Shown one piece after another: positions 1 through 8,330 of a DNA stretch of 40,856 nucleotides; within the stretch, counting starts at the first letter, position 1, and the number at the start of each line of letters is the position of its first letter. This stretch comes from a virus (Duplodnaviria; Heunggongvirae; Uroviricota; Caudoviricetes). The translations under genes were made by a program, and so were the position numbers. The stretch spans positions 1 through 40,856 of the IMG/VR virus record IMGVR_UViG_2561511241_000004; one strand, given 5' to 3'. The notes under the pieces were generated by a model. It was not told the origin of the DNA. It did not search any database and was given only the letters and a program-made list of their open reading frames with translations.

Positions 1-468
1 ATGCCAGATCAAAAAGAAAGTGAGAACACCAAACTCACTTGTGAAGAACAAAAGGACAATGAACTGGTTTCTCGAGTAATCGAAAATCCAGAAGTCTTAA
101 ACAGGGTTTTGGAGAGCCCGCAGGTGCGAGCTATTGTTTGCCAGCATTTTCAGGGGCCGGTTCCTCCGCCATCAATGCTTAAAAAGTATGATCAACTGAT
201 GCCAGGGCTTGCAAATAGGCTTGTTGAGTTGACTGAAAAGGAGCAGGCTCATCGCCACAAAACGGTGGCTGATACCATTGATATTGCCAGAGATGGTCAA
301 ACAAAGGCTTTTTGGCTGGCGATATTGATTATCTTCGTTGCTGCTGTCTTTGGTGTCATGGGGGAGACTGTTCTTGCTGGAGCTCTCGTTTCAATAGATC
401 TTGTTGCATTGGTTACGGCATTTATTGTTGGAAAACATTATTCTAAGCAGGAACCTGATCAAGATTAG
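1..468 (+). CDS. membrane protein with soluble N-terminal domain and two predicted C-terminal TM helices (DUF2335-like); may be host or cargo
   Basis: Open frame from position 1; hydrophobic C-terminal segments; convergent with int and followed by a hairpin terminator. Confidence 0.45.
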   Translation: MPDQKESENTKLTCEEQKDNELVSRVIENPEVLNRVLESPQVRAIVCQHFQGPVPPPSMLKKYDQLMPGLANRLVELTEKEQAHRHKTVADTIDIARDGQTKAFWLAILIIFVAAVFGVMGETVLAGALVSIDLVALVTAFIVGKHYSKQEPDQD

Positions 469-474
469 TCTCCA

Positions 475-500
475 AACCCCGGCATCAGCCGGGGTTTTTA
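475..500. terminator. bidirectional rho-independent terminator between convergent genes
   Basis: Perfect hairpin ccccgg-catcag-ccgggg followed by a T-run. Confidence 0.5.
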
Positions 501-571
501 CATCAGTAAAGCAATATCAACATTTTTATCGGTTGTTAATTACTGGCAACGTTACAGCTGTATTTATTTCG

Positions 572-1690
572 TCAAACAACCAATTTAACCCATTCCTGAC
601 CACGAGTATCGTTATAACGATCGGTGGTTGCTTGGACTTTATGTCCCAGTAATGTTTTTGTATCGATACCCTGTGCGCGGTACAGTCGTTCTGACAGGGA
701 GCGTTGTTCATGAAATGTTGGTGGTGTTTTTCCTGCTGGTGGAGTTATTCCTGCCAGATCCCGCGCTTTAGCAAAGTAGTCGCTCAGGTTATCTTTACTC
801 ATTGGTTTTGGTTGTTTCTGGTGCCGACTATGAATCAGGTATGGACTCAATATTCTGTCCTTGCATCCATCAATCACTTCTTTTAGCGATATTCCAATGG
901 CATCACAGCGTAGCGTAAGCGGTAACGCCAGACGCATTCCGGTTTTTCCCTGGGTGATATGCAAGTGTTCGTTCCACACATCTGAAAAACGCATGTGGCA
1001 AATGTCATCACGGCGCTGACCAGTAACAATCGCAAGAAGCATTGCGTTACGGATAAAGTGTTTTTCTGGTGTTGAATTGTAAATTTTTTGCCAGTCCTCC
1101 AGGGTGAGTCTGGCTCTGGTTACTTTAGGGATCGGTTTACGGGTAGCCTCCGGAGGATTCCATCCAGGAGGAACTTCCCCTGCATGCTGTGCTTCTTTAT
1201 AAATATCAACCCATAATCCACGATTTACTCTCGCTGTGCTGACCATGTCTTTATCCAGCCACTCATCCAGTATTAATGCAAAGTCTCTTACTTCCAGTTC
1301 TTTCAATGGGTGGTTTCCCAGACGGGAAACCAGGTATGCAGCCATTCGGGCTTTTTCTTTGTGAGTTGTAGCTGCAATATCTCCATTTTTCAGTCGCGCG
1401 TCCTGTATTTTCAGATATCGATCAACCCATGACTTTAATCTGATACCCCGACGTTTTGTTGCTGACGGACTTTCATCAATTTTGCGCATGAAATATTCAG
1501 CTTCTGCTGCAGCTATTCGCTGATTGGCTGTGGAAGCGATTTTTTCTGCTTTGCCTTTGTCTGTTCCGAGACCGTGAAATTTTCCAGTCACAGGGTTTTT
1601 ATACTGGTAGTAAACCCTGCCAGTTCTGCGATCAAACTTTTCGTAAAGACCGGTTACGTCAGTGCTGTTTTTTCGTGGCCTCGGTGACAT
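572..1690 (-). CDS. int: tyrosine recombinase / phage integrase (lambda Int family)
   Basis: 372 aa; C-terminal catalytic region (HELRSL..., LLGH..., Y) closely resembles lambda Int; 3' neighbour of xis. Confidence 0.9.
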   Translation of the reverse strand: MSPRPRKNSTDVTGLYEKFDRRTGRVYYQYKNPVTGKFHGLGTDKGKAEKIASTANQRIAAAEAEYFMRKIDESPSATKRRGIRLKSWVDRYLKIQDARLKNGDIAATTHKEKARMAAYLVSRLGNHPLKELEVRDFALILDEWLDKDMVSTARVNRGLWVDIYKEAQHAGEVPPGWNPPEATRKPIPKVTRARLTLEDWQKIYNSTPEKHFIRNAMLLAIVTGQRRDDICHMRFSDVWNEHLHITQGKTGMRLALPLTLRCDAIGISLKEVIDGCKDRILSPYLIHSRHQKQPKPMSKDNLSDYFAKARDLAGITPPAGKTPPTFHEQRSLSERLYRAQGIDTKTLLGHKVQATTDRYNDTRGQEWVKLVV

Positions 1691-1928
1691 GAGTTAAAAT
1701 CTCCTTCAGTGCATCATCATCGCCAGTATGAATTTCCGGCGCAATTCCCGTTTCACCAGGTCCAACAAATACTGCCCGGCGATCTATCAGCCAACGCCCA
1801 CGAATTTTTTGTGGTCTTGGAACGATGTATCCTAGTTTTCCGTATTTCACCAGGGTAGTGTTTGTTATTGGGAGACTGAACCGTTTTGGCTTCCACTCAT
1901 CGAGCGTTATCAGGTACTGTTCGCTCAT
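1659..1928 (-). CDS. xis: excisionase
   Basis: About 89 aa, overlaps the int start; N-terminal YLITLDEW resembles lambda Xis YLTLQEW; ATG at 1928 has a GGAGTGA RBS (the ORF track extends to a GTG at 1937). Confidence 0.65.
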   Translation of the reverse strand: MSEQYLITLDEWKPKRFSLPITNTTLVKYGKLGYIVPRPQKIRGRWLIDRRAVFVGPGETGIAPEIHTGDDDALKEILTHVTEATKKQH

Positions 1929-1989
1929 GGCTATCACTCCGGAACGCGCCAGTTGCAGAATACCAACGACAACTGGCGACAGTTGAACA

Positions 1990-3675
1990 TTAAAAATCAG
2001 CCTGACTCGGGATCAGTTTTTGCCAGATAGCTGAAACGTATTTTGCCTGGTAACGAGCGTCATCAAGTGCATTATGGCGCTCACCTTCGAATGGAATAGC
2101 CGTTCTGGCATCGAAGTCTATGGCTTTCCCCAGCTCAACGATTGTGCGTACATCGCGATCGTTGTAGTAACGCCACGGGCAGGGGATCCCCTGCCGTTCG
2201 TATGAACGGCGCAAAATCGTGTTGTCGAAGTTGGCTCCATTTCCCCAAACCTGAACAAAAAATTCACCGGAGTTTTCGTCGATAAATTCCCGCAATTGTA
2301 ACAGTGCATCATCTAACGGGATTTCATCGGTCATAATGGCAGATTGCGCTTCGCGTGATTGCTTAAGCCACCATTTAATGGTGTCCCGATCAATGACTCC
2401 GCCAGCAGTTTCCAGATCGATAGTCTTACTAAATTCCGGTCCCATATCTCCGGTTTGCGGATCGAAAAATATTGCACCTATTGAGATGATCGGGGCATCA
2501 GGATTTTTTCCCATGGTTTCAAGGTCGATCATTAGATGGTCACACGTCCTGCTGGTGGATGTGATTTCTTGATGACCGTTCACCTTAATTGGGTGATCTG
2601 CCGTCTCGCCAGTTTCATTATCGCTATCGTGATGCTGATTGCCGCCAGTGTTCTCCTTGTGTGGATGTTCAGCGCCTTCCATTTCCTCCGGATCATCTTC
2701 CTGAACTTCAACCTGATACTCTTCATCGAATGTTTCCTGGTATGTAGCGTCGCCCATCACCGCGCCACAATCAGGGCAGTTGCCGCCGCCGGTCTGACCG
2801 CAGGCGGTGCAGACTTTTTCCACTTCCTGTTGCACTACTGGTTCAGGTAGTTTCGTTTCTGGCTCGTTTTGTTGCGTATTTTGGCTGTTTTGTTCCGCTT
2901 TCTGGTCGTTCTGTTCCGTTTCTTGCTGGTTCTGGTTCACAGAATCGCGGGTTTCAATCCCCTTCACCCATTTCGGATCATTCGGATCGCTAATCCCTGC
3001 AACAAATTCACCACGTGATACTGCAAGCAGTTCATCGGCGTCAGGCTGGCTGATATTGGCTGCCTGCATAATTTTGTTTACTTCGTCAGCGGTAACTTTT
3101 ACCGGCCCTGGTTGTGCGGTCGTGTCAGATGCACCAGTATTTTGTTGTGAACCTGAGTATGTACCGTTTTTGCGGGCGAAATATTCTTCTTTCGTGATTT
3201 CAGTAGCCCCTGCAGCCAGTGCCTTATCCAGACCAGAAAGTTTGTTTGCGCGACCGTATTTTTCGCTATCCTTGTCGGTGAAGAGGAAGTAGAACGGCCC
3301 TTCACGCTCTACAGATGGTTCGACTTCCACTTTGCATTCGGTTTTTTCGTTGTCCGGAATTGCCGTTTCCACTGCATCAGTTTCTGGTACTGGCGACGAG
3401 AGAGTATCAGTTGCGCTCTGATTTCTTCCTTCATCTTCAAACACGCCCTTTGTAGTCAGGTATTCAGTAATGTATTTGTTCAGTGCCACAGGGTCTTTGT
3501 GAATGTCGATCGGACGTTCACGGACAAGGCCAAAAATAGTCTGGCGGTCGTAGCGAAGGGCATCAGGCTGTTTGCGCATTGATGCCGAGATACGCTTCCA
3601 GTCTTCGCGGTCGTTGTCGATAACTTCTTTTTTTGCCCAGCGATGGATGCTGCCGTCAATGTTTCCGGCATCCAC
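1990..3675 (-). CDS. exonuclease, C-terminal portion with DnaQ-like DEDDh 3'-5' exonuclease domain; out of frame with the upstream portion
   Basis: C-terminal region carries Exo-like motifs (LMIDLETMG, WGNGANFD, HNALDDA); frame opens only about 30 nt upstream of its GTG, and the preceding ORF runs into junk sequence here. Confidence 0.6.
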   Translation of the reverse strand: MDAGNIDGSIHRWAKKEVIDNDREDWKRISASMRKQPDALRYDRQTIFGLVRERPIDIHKDPVALNKYITEYLTTKGVFEDEGRNQSATDTLSSPVPETDAVETAIPDNEKTECKVEVEPSVEREGPFYFLFTDKDSEKYGRANKLSGLDKALAAGATEITKEEYFARKNGTYSGSQQNTGASDTTAQPGPVKVTADEVNKIMQAANISQPDADELLAVSRGEFVAGISDPNDPKWVKGIETRDSVNQNQQETEQNDQKAEQNSQNTQQNEPETKLPEPVVQQEVEKVCTACGQTGGGNCPDCGAVMGDATYQETFDEEYQVEVQEDDPEEMEGAEHPHKENTGGNQHHDSDNETGETADHPIKVNGHQEITSTSRTCDHLMIDLETMGKNPDAPIISIGAIFFDPQTGDMGPEFSKTIDLETAGGVIDRDTIKWWLKQSREAQSAIMTDEIPLDDALLQLREFIDENSGEFFVQVWGNGANFDNTILRRSYERQGIPCPWRYYNDRDVRTIVELGKAIDFDARTAIPFEGERHNALDDARYQAKYVSAIWQKLIPSQADF

Positions 3676-4460
3676 ATCACAGGCCAGAGAGCGTAGGCCA
3701 GTTCGTCATCCAGTGTTTTCCATGTCTGCTTGTATTCGCGATGAGTGGCAGCAATGACCGGGCTGATTTTTCCTGTTGAATTTTCAGTGTTCTGTTGATT
3801 GGCTCTGGCGCGGGCGAGATCAACAACAGACGTGTATTTTCCGGTTTCCTTGCGTTCACCTTCGCGACGTTTTTTCCAGATGCGCATCTCTGCCTGAATT
3901 TCGGGCCATTTAGCACCAGGAATACATTTATGCTTAACCCACCCAATGGCGTGCAACTTAAGCTCCGGATACATGGCGTTAACTTCTGGCATTTTCATCA
4001 ACGCTTCAACGATATGTCCGTCGAATGTTGCCATGTCTTCCTGCAACAATTCCTGTGCGCTAATAACCATATCAACGGTTATGTTTTCACATGTGTCGAA
4101 CTTAACCATGACAGCGTTCTGTACTTCAGGGGCCAGCTTGTCAAAAGTGACGTTCATCGGATCGGATTCAGTCTCAACCGGGACAAAAGAAGCAGACTCC
4201 TCATCCCAGCGGTTTTCCTGCATATATTCAGCATCCCATGAATCGAGGGCAGGGCAGGGTATGCCAGGTTTATCCTCGCAGACAATAAATTTATAAGCGC
4301 AGTCCTGAGCAGCCGGATAATGTTCCAGGAATTGCCAGTGAAATTTTGCTCGAGCACGGCGTTCGTCGCCAGCTTCAATGGCTGTGGCTACAGCCACAGC
4401 GCCTTCTTCCCTTGTTGCCAGTTCGTCAGGAATAGCGGCGCAAATAAAGACTTTACTCAT
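3480..4460 (-). CDS. exonuclease N-terminal portion (YdfE-like), separated from the C-terminal portion by a frame change near 3670-3706
   Basis: Protein-like translation up to about 3680, then low-complexity junk to the stop at 3480; ATG at 4460 preferred. Confidence 0.5.
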   Translation of the reverse strand: MSKVFICAAIPDELATREEGAVAVATAIEAGDERRARAKFHWQFLEHYPAAQDCAYKFIVCEDKPGIPCPALDSWDAEYMQENRWDEESASFVPVETESDPMNVTFDKLAPEVQNAVMVKFDTCENITVDMVISAQELLQEDMATFDGHIVEALMKMPEVNAMYPELKLHAIGWVKHKCIPGAKWPEIQAEMRIWKKRREGERKETGKYTSVVDLARARANQQNTENSTGKISPVIAATHREYKQTWKTLDDELAYALWPVMWMPETLTAASIAGQKKKLSTTTAKTGSVSRHQCANSLMPFATTARLFLALSVNVRSTFTKTLWH

Positions 4461-4552
4461 TTGTTTTAACCTCATGACAGATTTAAGGATGAACAAATCC
4501 CTGCCATTGCTGGCATATAAGAATGAAACCGGATATTTATTACGGAACTGTT

Positions 4553-4744
4553 TTAAAGACCTGCCGGGATTTCGATATTATCCTGGTGAATAACTTTATC
4601 GACCGGGTAACAGTTACCGGGAATTTTCTGTTCGGTTGCTGCAGTCATACACTCCTGCATTGTCCTGTGAACACTGACTGCAATATCAACTGGCTCTCCG
4701 GAAACAAGAAAAACTGTCAGAACAAGCACAAATGCTGAATTCAT
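4553..4744 (-). CDS. ydfD: YdfD-like small membrane (lysis) protein, 63 aa
   Basis: 63 aa with N-terminal hydrophobic segment; start overlaps the dicB stop (ATGA); position matches Qin ydfD downstream of dicB. Confidence 0.6.
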   Translation of the reverse strand: MNSAFVLVLTVFLVSGEPVDIAVSVHRTMQECMTAATEQKIPGNCYPVDKVIHQDNIEIPAGL

Positions 4745-4929
4745 TGTGCACATCCTTTTGGCATCAGACGTAAACGAGCCAGCATTGAAACAATGCATAT
4801 TTTATTTAATAGCTCCCGTTCTTGTTTTCTCTTGTTAATGGCATCTTCAGTAAATACAGGGTTACTGATAGTGACACCAATTTCAAAACAACCTTCAGAC
4901 GTATTAACGTTTGGTAATAACGTTTTCAT
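4741..4929 (-). CDS. dicB: cell division inhibitor DicB (62 aa)
   Basis: Translation MKTLLPNVNTSEGCFEIGVTISNPVFTEDAINKRKQERELLNKICIVSMLARLRLMPKGCAQ matches my recollection of DicB; GAGGA RBS. Confidence 0.8.
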   Translation of the reverse strand: MKTLLPNVNTSEGCFEIGVTISNPVFTEDAINKRKQERELLNKICIVSMLARLRLMPKGCAQ

Positions 4930-5104
4930 TATCGCGTCCTCAACAATGAATTTTGTGATGCAGTGCCTGGTGCCTCCAGGTGACGTTAACCAGTTAACAA
5001 TTAACGCCGGATACAGAGAATCCACCCATAACACTGTTTTTGGTTTTAACTGTTCCGCGTGCGCTTAGCCGCATTCACCGCATCACAAAATTCACTTTAA
5101 AAAA

Positions 5105-5158
5105 GGGCGGCAGAGCAGTCACGGAGTAAAAACTGATACCGCCAAACGTCACCAGAAA
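5105..5158 (-). ncRNA. dicF: DicF small RNA (ftsZ-targeting, Hfq-dependent in K-12)
   Basis: Minus-strand sequence UUUCUGGUGACGUUUGGCGGUAUCAGUUUUUACUCCGUGACUGCUCUGCCGCCC followed by a U-run; matches recollected DicF; sits just upstream of dicB as in Qin. Confidence 0.75.
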
Positions 5159-5491
5159 ATTGATAACAGAGGGCGTTGCAGCGGGGTTGTCACTTAAGCG
5201 TATGGTCAACCTGACAACCCGGTGTCCTCAACGGGGAAGGAATAACCCCGCCATACTTACCGCCGCGCCATTTCGCGGGTTGCCACAACCGGAAGCGCAC
5301 GGTCGACGAAAATTTAACGACAGGCTATCTATGAACCAGCTACCTCGCCGTGCGCTTTCGCGTTATGGTCTGACTTTTCAGGGAAATATCCTTTCAGTAA
5401 ACTGTCAGTGCCGGATGTTCACCCGTGTCCGGCGCACGCACTCCACCTCACCCGTGGAGAACTCCTTAATTACCAACCCTCAGGAGGGTGA

Positions 5492-5725
5492 ATGTTAAAA
5501 TCAACTCTTATTGCTAAATGCCTTTATCAAAATCGCATGGTAAGCAGCATTTCAATAGGCGAGTCTGCAGTTAAAAGTATTTTCGAAGAGTACTTCCCCG
5601 GGCATGATTTTAATAAATGGAATACCAAATTACCGCCAGCAGTTTCAACGCGTATTCTGAAAGCAACTGAAAGAGCAAGTACAATTCGCGTTAACTATTT
5701 CATTAAAGATTTGTGGGATCTTTGA
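5492..5725 (+). CDS. hypothetical protein (77 aa), convergent with the early-left operon
   Basis: Strong AGGAGG SD 4 nt before the ATG; AT-rich; overlaps the 3' end of the 135-aa minus-strand gene by 23 nt. Confidence 0.3.
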   Translation: MLKSTLIAKCLYQNRMVSSISIGESAVKSIFEEYFPGHDFNKWNTKLPPAVSTRILKATERASTIRVNYFIKDLWDL

Positions 5726-6110
5726 TATCCACAGAGCCTAAAGTATGTGCATATGGATGTGCTATTGTGCGCCCTCGCAGATTTGCATCATTTTCTAAAT
5801 TCACTGAACGAAACAGGGCATCAACAAGGCTCTGTACAATGCAAAGGCAATCGAAGACTGTCGCTGTTTCTGTTTTGATTGATGAAAGAACATGGCCATT
5901 CACGCAAACAGAAATTACCCGTTCATTAACATCGCTTTCCTGCTTTTGATTATCAGAACCATATAGCCCAGAAAAAGCATTGCGCACATTACGAACCATA
6001 TTATCGATGGTTTCTTTTTTGGTGTATGCCGGGTCAATTTTCACCAGACTATCACCGAGAGTCGTTGCAGCAATTGTCTGGATTTCTTTTGGTAAATCTT
6101 TAAATTCCAT
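5703..6110 (-). CDS. hypothetical protein (135 aa) in an AT-rich island between ydfC and the dicF precursor
   Basis: Good ORF with a GAGG RBS, immediately downstream of ydfC; no family recognised. Confidence 0.55.
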   Translation of the reverse strand: MEFKDLPKEIQTIAATTLGDSLVKIDPAYTKKETIDNMVRNVRNAFSGLYGSDNQKQESDVNERVISVCVNGHVLSSIKTETATVFDCLCIVQSLVDALFRSVNLENDANLRGRTIAHPYAHTLGSVDIKDPTNL

Positions 6111-6132
6111 TATTAGCCTCGTTGGTTAGCTA

Positions 6133-6351
6133 TTAACGTGGGTATGTAATCATTCTGGCAATGCTTAATGCCGCTGCTTTTTCCAGATTGGTGATATCCT
6201 GCTCCAGAGAGAACAGATTTTCAGCCTGCTTAGCCCTGGCTTCATTAGCCCATTTCAGATCCTGCGCTGCATTAATTTTCTGGCGCATCCACTCATAAAG
6301 TTCATCATCGGTATAGTCTGGCGCGATGATGACAGGTTCTCGTTTCTGCAT
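6133..6351 (-). CDS. ydfC: YdfC-like protein (72 aa)
   Basis: 72 aa from the ATG at 6351 with an AAGGAG RBS; length and position match Qin ydfC upstream of dicF. Confidence 0.6.
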   Translation of the reverse strand: MQKREPVIIAPDYTDDELYEWMRQKINAAQDLKWANEARAKQAENLFSLEQDITNLEKAAALSIARMITYPR

Positions 6352-6443
6352 GTCAGCTCCTTGTGGTTCGCATTGCCTGCTTTTAACCACGTCAGGCGAG
6401 GTGGTATCCTCTGAGGGGTCTGTTACTCGAGAGGAAATTGGTT

Positions 6444-6644
6444 ATGAATACAATCAAGTTTTCTTGCCCAGAATGTGGTGGCGAAGTCTTTGACACATCC
6501 TTTAAGCCGCAGGGCTCTGACAGTTTCGCGGGAGCCATCTGCAAAAATTGTGGTCACCTTGTAACTGAAGATGAGTCCTCGCAGTTCGATGACGAAATCG
6601 TTGACAATATCTTCGGTGCACTCACCAGAGACTTTCTGAAATAA
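6444..6644 (+). CDS. small zinc-ribbon protein (CPECGG ... CKNCGH), 66 aa
   Basis: Two CxxC motifs 24 aa apart; GAGG RBS 9 nt upstream; entirely antisense to an alternative 118-aa minus-strand ORF (6423..6779). Confidence 0.4.
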   Translation: MNTIKFSCPECGGEVFDTSFKPQGSDSFAGAICKNCGHLVTEDESSQFDDEIVDNIFGALTRDFLK

Positions 6645-6968
6645 AGACGCATACCGCTTAGTTACCGCTCTGATAACTCTTACCTGTCCGGCAATGGCGC
6701 TGATGTCAATATAAAGCGCCATTGCTGCTTCTTTGCCGATCCCGTGATGCCTTCCATTCTGATGTTTGACTTCGCCCACTGAGAAATCCTCTGTTTCCCC
6801 TTAACGCCGGGGTAGCGGAACAAAAACCTGCTGCATAGTTATTAAAGTTGGACCCTGCCGTCATGTTCTTACGCCTCAGGCTGGCTACTTAACCCCTGAC
6901 CACTGCCTGGTAACTCGAAGTATTGCCCTGCATTCTGTGGGGCGGGGTGGGTTGGTATGAAAAGAAGG

Positions 6969-7007
6969 ATACCCATAGGTATTTAAAAAGTAAATACCCA
7001 TGGGTAA
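6969..7007. promoter_or_regulatory. OL-like operator pair (ATACC-N4-GGTAT and ATACC-N4-GGTAA) with probable leftward early promoter
   Basis: Two 14-bp palindromes centred about 25 bp apart, sharing half-sites with the three OR sites. Confidence 0.5.
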
Positions 7008-7048
7008 CTTTTTGCGGTGTCTTAACTGGTGACTAGTTGTTTGGTGAG

Positions 7049-7468
7049 CTATGATGCGTTTTGTGCTTTCTTTTTACGGATTTCTTCGTAGATCATATTG
7101 TAATACTGTTTTTTCTCTTCAAGAGTTTTTAATAAGTTATCCGCTTCACTTTCTGGCAGTTCGTCTAAGAGATCTAAAAAAATACGTTGTCGTGGCGTTA
7201 GAACCCTTGTTTCATAACTGGAGGCTGTGTTCGTTGATGATGAAACGATACCATCCATCCATCCCCGGGGTAACCCAAAGGACTCTTCGATAATCTCCAC
7301 CATATCATCAGCGATCCGTTTTTTTCCCTTTTTCCCCTCTGGGTACAACATTCTTGATACATAAGAAGGCTCGCGCCCGATCTTTCTGGCCACGTTAACC
7401 GCTTTACCATCGCATTTCTCATCACGAATTTTGATGAGTTGCTGTCGTCTAAATTCATATTTGTCCAT
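7049..7468 (-). CDS. prophage repressor (HTH DNA-binding protein, cI-like role)
   Basis: Divergent from the cro-like gene across an operator-rich spacer; start at 7468 (MDKYEF...) has no SD and sits 7 nt after a TATTAT -10, consistent with a leaderless transcript; the ORF track extends to 7522. Confidence 0.65.
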   Translation of the reverse strand: MDKYEFRRQQLIKIRDEKCDGKAVNVARKIGREPSYVSRMLYPEGKKGKKRIADDMVEIIEESFGLPRGWMDGIVSSSTNTASSYETRVLTPRQRIFLDLLDELPESEADNLLKTLEEKKQYYNMIYEEIRKKKAQNAS

Positions 7469-7487
7469 AGGTAAATAATAGATGCGA

Positions 7488-7540
7488 TTACCGCAAGGTA
7501 AACAACCTGCGGGTATTGACATTTGTTTACCTGTGGGTAT
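7488..7540. promoter_or_regulatory. OR-like tripartite operator with rightward promoter (TTGACA -35 at 7516-7521)
   Basis: Three TTACC-N4-GGTA(A/T) sites at 7488-7501, 7504-7517 and 7527-7540 overlapping the -35/-10 of the cro-like gene. Confidence 0.5.
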
Positions 7541-7568
7541 TCTTTACTGTGTTTACTAAGGAGTAGCT

Positions 7569-7850
7569 ATGGAAGAATTAAGAATATTTCTCAATTCTCT
7601 TTCGTCAGATGAACAGCGTATGTTTGCATGCGAGTGTGGTACCAGCATCGGTTATCTAAGAAAGGCATTGAGTAAAGGTCAAGTGTTAGGGGCATCGTTA
7701 TGTGTCCTTATTGAGCGAGCCAGTAATGGTGAAGTTACACGTCAGCAACTAAGGCCTTTTGATTGGATGAATATTTGGCCCGAGCTGGAAGATACCAAAA
7801 CGTTAACACAACCACTTTCTAGGAGCTTGATTCATGAAAATCAAGCATGA
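7569..7850 (+). CDS. Cro-like / YdaS-family HTH regulator
   Basis: 93 aa, first rightward gene after the operators; AAGGAG RBS; HTH-like segment GTSIGYLRKALSKGQ. Confidence 0.6.
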   Translation: MEELRIFLNSLSSDEQRMFACECGTSIGYLRKALSKGQVLGASLCVLIERASNGEVTRQQLRPFDWMNIWPELEDTKTLTQPLSRSLIHENQA

Positions 7851-8259
7851 ACACATCCGCATGGCGATGAATGCCTGGGCGCATCCGGACGGTGAAAAAG
7901 TTCCGGCAGCTGAAATAACCAGGGCTTATTTTGAACTGGGTATGACGTTCCCAGAACTGTATGACGACAGCCATCCGGAAGCCCTGGCTCGCAATACCCA
8001 GAAAATTTTCCGCTGGATAGAGAAAGACACCCCTGATGCAGTTGAAAAAATTCAGGCGTTGTTACCAGCGATCGAAAAGGCAATGCCACCTTTGCTGGTG
8101 GCCAGAATGCGCAGCCACAGTTCAGCTTATTTTCGGGAGCTGGTGGAGACGCGGGAGCGACTGGTGAGAGACGCTGATGATTTTGTCGCAGTGGCAATCG
8201 CCGGTTTCAATCAGATGAACCGTGGTGGCCCGGCAGGAAATGCTGTGGCAGTACATTGA
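7834..8259 (+). CDS. YdaT-like protein (Rac prophage family)
   Basis: 141 aa beginning MKIKHEH and ending ...VH, as recollected for Rac YdaT; overlaps the end of the cro-like gene. Confidence 0.55.
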   Translation: MKIKHEHIRMAMNAWAHPDGEKVPAAEITRAYFELGMTFPELYDDSHPEALARNTQKIFRWIEKDTPDAVEKIQALLPAIEKAMPPLLVARMRSHSSAYFRELVETRERLVRDADDFVAVAIAGFNQMNRGGPAGNAVAVH

Positions 8260-8330
8260 CTGACAATAGCCATATCGAATCGCTTCCGGCAACTCGTGAG
8301 TAAAAAGATTCGGTATCAGAAGAGGTGAGT

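Noticed and set aside
2336-3292. Several plus-strand ORFs (78-161 aa) inside the exonuclease region
   Set aside because: All antisense to the exonuclease gene; Cys/Ser/Phe-rich junk translations.
5160-5498. 112-aa plus-strand ORF
   Set aside because: Lies over the DicF sRNA and its structured leader; Arg/Pro-rich translation with no RBS; region better explained as non-coding RNA.
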